Shown here one piece after another: positions 58,131 through 64,000 of a stretch of 64,000 nucleotides of DNA. The position numbers were made by a program, and so were the translations under genes. Position 1 is the first letter of the stretch. Every line of letters starts with the position of its first letter. The notes beneath the pieces are model-generated. The model worked only from the letters and a program-made list of their open reading frames with translations, did no database searches and was not told where the DNA came from. Source of the stretch: Candidatus Shapirobacteria bacterium (GTDB taxonomy: Bacteria; Patescibacteriota; Microgenomatia; UBA12405); the NCBI GenBank assembly GCA_041658125.1, contig JBBAAS010000002.1:8951-72950 (forward strand), given 5' to 3'.

Positions 58131-59477
58131 TTAAAAAGAGCGCCTGATTTGGTCGACAAGTTGACGAAGAGAAGAATTGACGGCCAAATCAGAGTGAATT
58201 TTGTCACGGGCGTGCATAATGCTGGTATGGTCGCGACCGCCTAAAAGACGGCCAACTTCTTCTAAAGGAAGATTGATTTCGGTGAGAAGAAGGTAGGCGG
58301 TTAAGTGGCGAGCGAAAACCAAGTCTTTTTTACGACTTTTGCCGCAAAGCTCGCTAGTTTTAAGATCAAAGTGTTTGGCACAAAGAGAAATAATATGCCT
58401 AGGAGTAAGGTTGGTAGGAGAAAGATGGTTTTGACCGGAAGAGGACAAGGGATTGAGGTAGTTTTGCACAAAAGCCAAATCGATCTCCTCTACCCTACCG
58501 GATTGAGCTTTAATGGCGATCTGTTGGATATTACCTTCAATGTCGCGAATATTGGATTGGATATTTTCAGCTAAAAAGGTGACAGCCGGAGGTTGAAGTT
58601 TGAGTCCATAAACTTCTGCTTTTTGAGTGATAATGGCGCAGCGCATTTCATAATCAGGGGGTTGAATATCGACGGTAAGGCCGCCCATAAAACGGGAAAC
58701 CAGGCGATCTTCGAGATTTTGGATATCAGAGGGCTTACGGTCGGAAGTTAAGATGACCTGCCGACCGGACATGTGAAGAGCGTTAAAGGTATGAAAAAAT
58801 TCCTGTTGAATGTATTCTTTACCGGCGATAAACTGGACGTCATCAACCAGAATGCAATCAAGCTGGCGGTAACGGTCTTTGAAGAGATTCATATTTTTGG
58901 ATTTGAGGGCGGCGATTAAATCATTACCAAAGGTTTCGGCCGGAAAATACTTGATTTTAAGGGCAGAATTGTTTTTAAGTAATTCATGGCCGATGGCTTG
59001 CATAAGATGAGTTTTACCGACACCGACGCCGCCCCAAATAAAAAAGGGATTGTAGGTAGAGCCGGGGTTTTTGATGATACCTTGAGCGGCGGCAAAGGCA
59101 AAATTATTACTATTACCCACAATAAAATTTTCAAGGGTATAACGGGGATGAAGGTTGGGAGAGTAAGTTGATTTTGGGGAAAAATTAAGAAGAGGGGCGG
59201 AGAAGTTTTGGTTTTCGGTCTTGATGAGATCTTGGACAATAAAAGAAATAGAATTGTTAGTTTTAGTTTGATTGTCGAGAGCACTTTTGAAGAGGTGGTA
59301 ATAGCGTTTTTGGTTGATATCAGCTAGATAAGAGTTGGGGCAAGCAATAGTAGCGGCACTATCTTTGAAAATTATTAATTGGGTTTTAGAAACAAAGGTT
59401 TGAAAGACGGCCGGAGCCAAAACAATCTTGAGCTCTTCCTGGGCATTTTTCCAAAGTCTGTCGATATCCATGAACAA
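58131..59477 (-). CDS. dnaA: Chromosomal replication initiator DnaA
   Basis: AAA+ Walker A GGVGVGKTHL and the C-terminal DNA-binding domain signature. 448 aa. Confidence 0.9.
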   Translation of the reverse strand: MFMDIDRLWKNAQEELKIVLAPAVFQTFVSKTQLIIFKDSAATIACPNSYLADINQKRYYHLFKSALDNQTKTNNSISFIVQDLIKTENQNFSAPLLNFSPKSTYSPNLHPRYTLENFIVGNSNNFAFAAAQGIIKNPGSTYNPFFIWGGVGVGKTHLMQAIGHELLKNNSALKIKYFPAETFGNDLIAALKSKNMNLFKDRYRQLDCILVDDVQFIAGKEYIQQEFFHTFNALHMSGRQVILTSDRKPSDIQNLEDRLVSRFMGGLTVDIQPPDYEMRCAIITQKAEVYGLKLQPPAVTFLAENIQSNIRDIEGNIQQIAIKAQSGRVEEIDLAFVQNYLNPLSSSGQNHLSPTNLTPRHIISLCAKHFDLKTSELCGKSRKKDLVFARHLTAYLLLTEINLPLEEVGRLLGGRDHTSIMHARDKIHSDLAVNSSLRQLVDQIRRSF

Positions 59478-59661
59478 AATTTTTAATTTCTAATTTAAAA
59501 TTTATAAATAAAGAAAAGTCCAATGATAGGTAAAAAATACGACTCGGGGGAGAGAAGTGATTCGGGGTTATCCACAGGATAATAGAGGAGTTTCCCACAA
59601 GAGACAAGAGATCAAATTTTAATTATCAAAAAACAAAGAGAGTTATGGTAGAATTTGAGCC
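59478..59661. promoter_or_regulatory. dnaA upstream region with consensus DnaA box
   Basis: Perfect TTATCCACA at 59568-59576 and a TTTCCCACA variant at 59591-59599. Confidence 0.55.
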
Positions 59662-59802
59662 ATGAAAGAGAAAGGGACATACCAACCAAAAAAGAAGAGA
59701 AGAGCCAGAGTACATGGTTTTTTGGCCAGGATGGCGACTCATAATGGCAGAAAGATAATAAAAGGAAGAAGATTGAAAGGAAGAAAGAAACTAACGGTAT
59801 AA
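59662..59802 (+). CDS. rpmH: 50S ribosomal protein L34
   Basis: [46 protein letters not shown] matches the L34 consensus. Confidence 0.9.
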   Translation: MKEKGTYQPKKKRRARVHGFLARMATHNGRKIIKGRRLKGRKKLTV

Positions 59803-59806
59803 TGGG

Positions 59807-60139
59807 GTGATGCTAAAGAGAATCAACAGAATCGGAACAAAAAAAGAGTTTGAAGAAGTAAAAGAAAAGGGGAGAGTTTATCAGGCTCCCCTATTGGCGA
59901 TGGTAGTTTTAAAAAAAGAAGATGAGGAAAAAAAGTTTGGGCTGGTGGTGTCAAAAAGAATTTCAAAGAAAGCGATAATCAGAAACAAAATAAGAAGGGC
60001 AGTGTATGAAGCAATAAGGGGACAGTTGGGGAAAATCAGTAGTGGGGTAAGAGGAATAGTGCTGGTGAGAACGGCAATTGTCGGTAGAGAGGCAGAGGAA
60101 ATAGAAAGAGAAATCGGAGAAATAATAAAAAAGTTATGA
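59807..60139 (+). CDS. rnpA: RNase P protein component
   Basis: Basic 110-aa protein with the RNR-like motif KIRRAVYEAIRG. It immediately follows rpmH. Confidence 0.8.
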   Translation: MMLKRINRIGTKKEFEEVKEKGRVYQAPLLAMVVLKKEDEEKKFGLVVSKRISKKAIIRNKIRRAVYEAIRGQLGKISSGVRGIVLVRTAIVGREAEEIEREIGEIIKKL

Positions 60140-60339
60140 GAAAAATAGTACTTAAAATAATTTGGTTTTATAAAAGATATATCTCATCGGGGTACAATTG
60201 CCGGATGATTCCAAACTGCAGTGAATATACCTACGAAGCGGTAGAAAAATATGGAGTGATCAAGGGCTTGGGCTTGGGAATAAAAAGAATGTCCAGATGT
60301 CATCCCCGGGGAAAAAGCGGGATAGATTTGGTAAAATAG
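60136..60339 (+). CDS. yidD: Membrane protein insertion efficiency factor YidD
   Basis: YKRYISSGYNCRMIPNCSEYTYEAVEKYG...MSRCHP is the YidD family signature. Confidence 0.8.
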   Translation: MRKIVLKIIWFYKRYISSGYNCRMIPNCSEYTYEAVEKYGVIKGLGLGIKRMSRCHPRGKSGIDLVK

Positions 60340-60345
60340 AAACCT

Positions 60346-61131
60346 ATGAATATACTGATAGCCCCATTTATTAACATGTTGTTTGGATTTTATCACCTAA
60401 CTGGGAACTTGGGTTGGGCGGTAGTGGTAGTGACGGTGTTAATAAGACTCGTTTTGTTGCCATTGGTATTTCCAAGCTTAAAATCGGCTAAAAAGATGCA
60501 GGAATTGCAACCGAGATTAAAAAAATTGCAGGAAAAGTACGGCAAGGAGAAGGAAAAATTAGCAAAAGCCCAGATGGATTTGTACAGGGAAGAAGGAGTG
60601 AATCCCTTATCCGGGTGTTTACCGCAGATTTTACAAATAGCGGTGTTAATTTTGTTTTTTTCGGCTTTTAATATGGTGACGGCGCATATGACGGGAAAAG
60701 ACAATGTGGAAGAAATAAACAGAAACTTAATTTCCGTTTTTAGAATTAATAAAGAATTTAAATTCGGATTGGGATTTTTGGGAAGCGATTTAACGATGAC
60801 GCCGGCGAAAGAATTTGCCAAGGGTGTGGGTTTAAACTTGATATTGCCAATAGTGCTTTTGTTTGGATCAGGAGCATTGCAATACATCAGTACTAAATTA
60901 ATGATGCCGACGGTAAAAGTTGATAAGGAGGTGGTTAAAAAGACCGAAGGAAAGGAAGACGATATGATGTCGGCAATAAGAACGCAGTCACTGTACATGA
61001 TGCCACTCATGACAATCTTTATCGGTTGGGGTTTTTCACTCGGGATATTACTGTATTGGTTTGTAAATTCGGGAGTAATGCTTGGACAACAATTGTTGGT
61101 AAATAAGTTAAATAAGAAAGAACAGAAATAG
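60346..61131 (+). CDS. yidC: Membrane protein insertase YidC (short form)
   Basis: LYREEGVNPLSGCLPQILQIAVLILFF conserved YidC/Oxa1 core. 261 aa. Confidence 0.8.
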   Translation: MNILIAPFINMLFGFYHLTGNLGWAVVVVTVLIRLVLLPLVFPSLKSAKKMQELQPRLKKLQEKYGKEKEKLAKAQMDLYREEGVNPLSGCLPQILQIAVLILFFSAFNMVTAHMTGKDNVEEINRNLISVFRINKEFKFGLGFLGSDLTMTPAKEFAKGVGLNLILPIVLLFGSGALQYISTKLMMPTVKVDKEVVKKTEGKEDDMMSAIRTQSLYMMPLMTIFIGWGFSLGILLYWFVNSGVMLGQQLLVNKLNKKEQK

Positions 61132-61156
61132 CTTTGGACATGGTAGAATAGCCGGT

Positions 61157-61627
61157 ATGACAAACAAAGAAAGAAACGAAAAAATATTGGGAGCAACTTG
61201 TGAGCTTTTGGAACAGATGAATTTTGAAGTGACGAATGTGTTTGTGGAAGATGGGGAGGGAGAAGAAAATCAGGTGGTAGTGGGGGTGACAGTACCTAAT
61301 CCGGCAGGATTGATTGGTTTTAAAGGAAGAAATCTGGTCGCTGTTCAACTGATTTTGACGTTAATTGTAAAAAGCAGATTGGGAGAATGGACAAGAATAC
61401 TTTTGGATGTAAATGATTATAGGACAGAACAGAAAACCAGGTTGGAACTAATGACTAGAAATTTGGCCGAAAAAGTTAAAAGTACCGGAACGCCGGTATC
61501 GATGGCAAATATGAGCTCGTATGAAAGAAGAATTTGTCATATGATAGTAGCTTCGGTGGAAGGAGTAGTGTCGGAATCGGAAGGAGAAGAAGAAGAAAGA
61601 CATATCGTAATCAAACCTGCGGTTTAA
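61157..61627 (+). CDS. jag: Jag/KhpB-like RNA-binding protein (KH plus R3H)
   Basis: C-terminal R3H motif (SYERRICHMIVASVEG). Position downstream of yidC. Confidence 0.7.
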   Translation: MTNKERNEKILGATCELLEQMNFEVTNVFVEDGEGEENQVVVGVTVPNPAGLIGFKGRNLVAVQLILTLIVKSRLGEWTRILLDVNDYRTEQKTRLELMTRNLAEKVKSTGTPVSMANMSSYERRICHMIVASVEGVVSESEGEEEERHIVIKPAV

Positions 61628-61652
61628 TTACGATATAATGATATTATAGGGT

Positions 61653-62897
61653 GTGGAGAGAGTACGGGAAAAAATAGAAAAATTGCTTTTGATTTGGTTT
61701 TTGATTTTAATTCCAACACAGATAGGGAAGCATTTTTGGCCGGAGTGGAGCCAGGTAATGGGATTAAGAATAGACTATTTATCCCCTGTTTTGTATGTGG
61801 TGGACATAATATGGATCGGAATGTTTTTGAGCCGAGGTTTAAGAACAAAGAAAATAAATCGGGAGAAGCTTTTTTCCTTTGGAAACTTGGTGATAATAGC
61901 GGTGGTGGTAATAAATATAATTTTGGCAAAAAACAGGTGGATAGCGGGCTATAAATGGTTAAGGTTGGGACAATGGTGGTGGACAGTTTGGTATTTAAAA
62001 ACAAGAAAGGACTGGGGGAAAGAGATTTTACTTTGGGTGATACCGGTGTGGGTGACAGTTGAAGTTTTTTTGGGATTGGGCCAGTTAATTTGGGGTGGAA
62101 GCCTTGGAGGAATATTTTATTGGTTAGGAGAAAGAAGGTTTGCTTTGGGAACAGTGGGAATAGCCAGAATGAATATTTTGAATGAAAGTGTGTTGCGGGC
62201 ATACGGAACTTTTTCACATCCGAATAGTTTAGCGGGATTTTTACTGGTGAGTATGGGACTTTGGTGGTGGATAAGAAAAAAAAGAGAAATAAATAAATTG
62301 TGGTGGTGGGGAGTGTGGTGGATGATGATATTGGGGATAGTGATATCAGGAAGCAGATGGGTGTGGTTTTTGGGCTGGGGAAGCATAAATTGGTGGTTAT
62401 TTTGGCAAAAAAATGTGGGAGTGAAGAGAATTTTGGGAACTAATCTGGTGTTGCTGGGAGCGGTGATATTGGTTTTGGCGATGGTGAATAGTAATTATAG
62501 GCTGAATGATTTTTTTTGGGGATGGGATAAAGGAAGCTTGGATAAAAGAGCGGGGTTGAATATGGTGGCACTAAAAATGATTTGGAATAGACCCTGGTTT
62601 GGAGTGGGAGCGGGAAATTTTTTGACGGAATTGCCGAATTATCAGAGAAATAATGCCAGTTTTTGGTTGCAACCAGTGCATAACATAATACTTTTGGGGT
62701 TGGCGGAAATAGGAATGGTGGGGATGATTATGTTTTTGGGAATAACGAGAAAAATGGTTGATTTGAAGAAATGGTTGGCTAGCAAGGAAAGACTGATGCT
62801 AATGGGAATGGTGTTATTAACCGGGATGACGGATCATTTTTGGGTGACATTGCCACAAAATAGCTGGCTTTTAGCAGTAATGTTGGGGTTAGTGTAA
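61653..62897 (+). CDS. O-antigen ligase/polymerase family (Wzy_C-like) membrane protein
   Basis: About 10 TM helices with a large Trp-rich loop containing NSLAGFLLVSMGLWWW, as in the O-antigen ligase family. Confidence 0.5.
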   Translation: MERVREKIEKLLLIWFLILIPTQIGKHFWPEWSQVMGLRIDYLSPVLYVVDIIWIGMFLSRGLRTKKINREKLFSFGNLVIIAVVVINIILAKNRWIAGYKWLRLGQWWWTVWYLKTRKDWGKEILLWVIPVWVTVEVFLGLGQLIWGGSLGGIFYWLGERRFALGTVGIARMNILNESVLRAYGTFSHPNSLAGFLLVSMGLWWWIRKKREINKLWWWGVWWMMILGIVISGSRWVWFLGWGSINWWLFWQKNVGVKRILGTNLVLLGAVILVLAMVNSNYRLNDFFWGWDKGSLDKRAGLNMVALKMIWNRPWFGVGAGNFLTELPNYQRNNASFWLQPVHNIILLGLAEIGMVGMIMFLGITRKMVDLKKWLASKERLMLMGMVLLTGMTDHFWVTLPQNSWLLAVMLGLV

Positions 62898-62905
62898 ACT
62901 AATTT

Positions 62906-64000
62906 GTGTTTTTCAGGCCAATTTTAAATACAGCGGTACAAATTTTAGGAAAGATAGTAACGGTGGGAATTAGCTTGGTAACAACGGGAATTTTAACGAG
63001 GAAGTTGGGGGTTTCTGCTTATGGGAGTTTTACTTTGATAACGGCAACCTTTGTACTTTTGGATTCACTCGGTGACTTCGGAACCAGAATAATCGGGGTA
63101 AAACAGATAGCGGAAAAGGATAAAGAAGAAGAAAAAAGACGGATTTTTGCCCAAATAGGATGGCTGAGATTGGGGATGACGGGGGTAGCGTTTTTAATAG
63201 GCTTGGCTTTGTTTAGTTGGTGGCCGGGGTTTGAAGGGATCAAAACAGAAGCGACGATAGCTTTGTTAATGATTTGGTTGACATCGTTAACCGGAAATTT
63301 GGGAATATTTTGGCAAAGCAAAGAAAGGATGGAATACCGGGTAATAATTGACATCCTGTTTCCCCTACTCTTCTTAATTAGTTTGTGGTGGTGGAAAGAT
63401 ACGGTGACATTGAGATGGGTGTTTTGGGTGTATTTGGGAGCCAGAACGGTCAGTTTTTTGGTAGGACTTTGGATGTTGACAAACAACTTAAAATTCAAAA
63501 TTAAAGATTGGCTGATCAAAATCGATTTTAAAATTATTAAAAAGATATTTTCAGAAACATGGCCGATGGGGTTATACCTGTTAATATTTGCCAGTTATGA
63601 CCGAGCGATAGATTCAATGATGATTGAAAGATGGGTAGGAATAAAAGAAGTGGCGTGGTACGGACTCGGATATAAAATTTATTCGAACTTGTTACAGCCG
63701 GTTTATTTTTTTGTAACGAGCCTGTTTCCCCTACTCTCGGCTAAAAATGGTCAAAAAAGGAAATTATTTTTAGGGTCGCTTTGGTTAGTCACAGCCGGAG
63801 TACTGATTTTAATCCCAATAGTTTACTTTTTGGCACCACTAATGGTGAGAATACTGGCGGGGAATGACTTTGGGATGTCGGTGGTAGTTTTAAGAATTCT
63901 TTTGGTAGCGATGGCATTTTCTTATGTTGAGCACTTGGTTGGCTTTACTTTAATTGCCAAGGGCGGACAAAAAATAATGTTGAAGCTAGGATTGGTAGCA
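62906..64000 (+). CDS. Polysaccharide biosynthesis/Wzx-like flippase (MOP superfamily), 3'-truncated by window edge
   Basis: The open frame runs from GTG at 62906 to the window end. It is polytopic (ILGKIVTVGISLVTTGILTRKLGVSAYGSFTL...), typical of oligosaccharide flippases. It is not in the ORF track because it runs off the edge. Confidence 0.5.
   Translation, partial: MFFRPILNTAVQILGKIVTVGISLVTTGILTRKLGVSAYGSFTLITATFVLLDSLGDFGTRIIGVKQIAEKDKEEEKRRIFAQIGWLRLGMTGVAFLIGLALFSWWPGFEGIKTEATIALLMIWLTSLTGNLGIFWQSKERMEYRVIIDILFPLLFLISLWWWKDTVTLRWVFWVYLGARTVSFLVGLWMLTNNLKFKIKDWLIKIDFKIIKKIFSETWPMGLYLLIFASYDRAIDSMMIERWVGIKEVAWYGLGYKIYSNLLQPVYFFVTSLFPLLSAKNGQKRKLFLGSLWLVTAGVLILIPIVYFLAPLMVRILAGNDFGMSVVVLRILLVAMAFSYVEHLVGFTLIAKGGQKIMLKLGLVA

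Noticed and set aside
61624-62217. 197-aa minus-strand ORF overlapping the O-antigen-ligase-like gene
   Set aside because: It is entirely antisense to a polytopic membrane protein gene with a coherent TM pattern. Its low-complexity Pro/Ser/Leu-rich translation is typical of an antisense artefact.

Overview
This 64 kb window reads as a gene-dense, AT-rich bacterial chromosome segment. The gene content and style (many Nudix and GNAT paralogs, a GT39-like membrane glycosyltransferase, a VirB4/CHAP T4SS-like locus, weak Shine-Dalgarno signals) look like a Candidate Phyla Radiation / Patescibacteria-type genome; that placement is my inference.

Core genes:
- groES-groEL with a degenerate CIRCE operator.
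- eno, malic enzyme, purF, trxB, fpg, dgkA, pepF, rubrerythrin, an IMPDH-family gene, a 5'-3' exonuclease, and queH.
- The chromosomal origin region: dnaN and dnaA on the minus strand, DnaA boxes on both sides of dnaA, and rpmH-rnpA-yidD-yidC-jag diverging on the plus strand.
- Four tRNAs: Arg(GCG?), Ser(CGA), Arg(CCG), Ser(GGA).

Accessory content:
- Defence/mobile island, about 6.75 kb (6765-13516), directly after tRNA-Ser(CGA). It is built from two adjacent units, each bounded by a long, near-perfect inverted repeat.
  - Unit A: an 84-bp inverted repeat flanks a large serine recombinase gene.
  - Unit B: a 119-bp inverted repeat with a GC-rich core flanks a 5 kb cassette.
  - The cassette holds a C-protein/REase-like pair convergent with an overlapping vsr/C5-methyltransferase pair. 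It also holds a LexA-like S24 repressor transcribed divergently from a two-gene operon: a CD-NTase/SMODS-like nucleotidyltransferase translationally coupled to a PD-(D/E)xK (Mrr/NucC-like) nuclease.
  - The shared 105-bp control region has back-to-back sigma70-like promoters overlaid by GAAC/GTTC-type repeats. This is my top candidate for an undescribed SOS-gated signalling defence module.
- Hammerhead (type III)-like ribozyme motif just upstream of tRNA-Arg(CCG).
- Copper/heavy-metal island. It has two P1B ATPases: one with a His/Met-rich N-terminus and a CPD motif, and one 1141-aa CopA with two MHCxSC HMA domains and a 340-aa C-terminal extension. It also has CopZ, a cupredoxin, an HMA-permease-cupredoxin-Cys-tail fusion, a frameshifted DsbA-like remnant, and a BlaR1/BlaI-type sensor-repressor pair.
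- T4SS-like locus with a VirB4 split at a poly-A tract, a 910-aa CHAP-domain membrane protein, and partner proteins.

All functional calls come from motif reading of the supplied translations and the DNA. No database searches were run.
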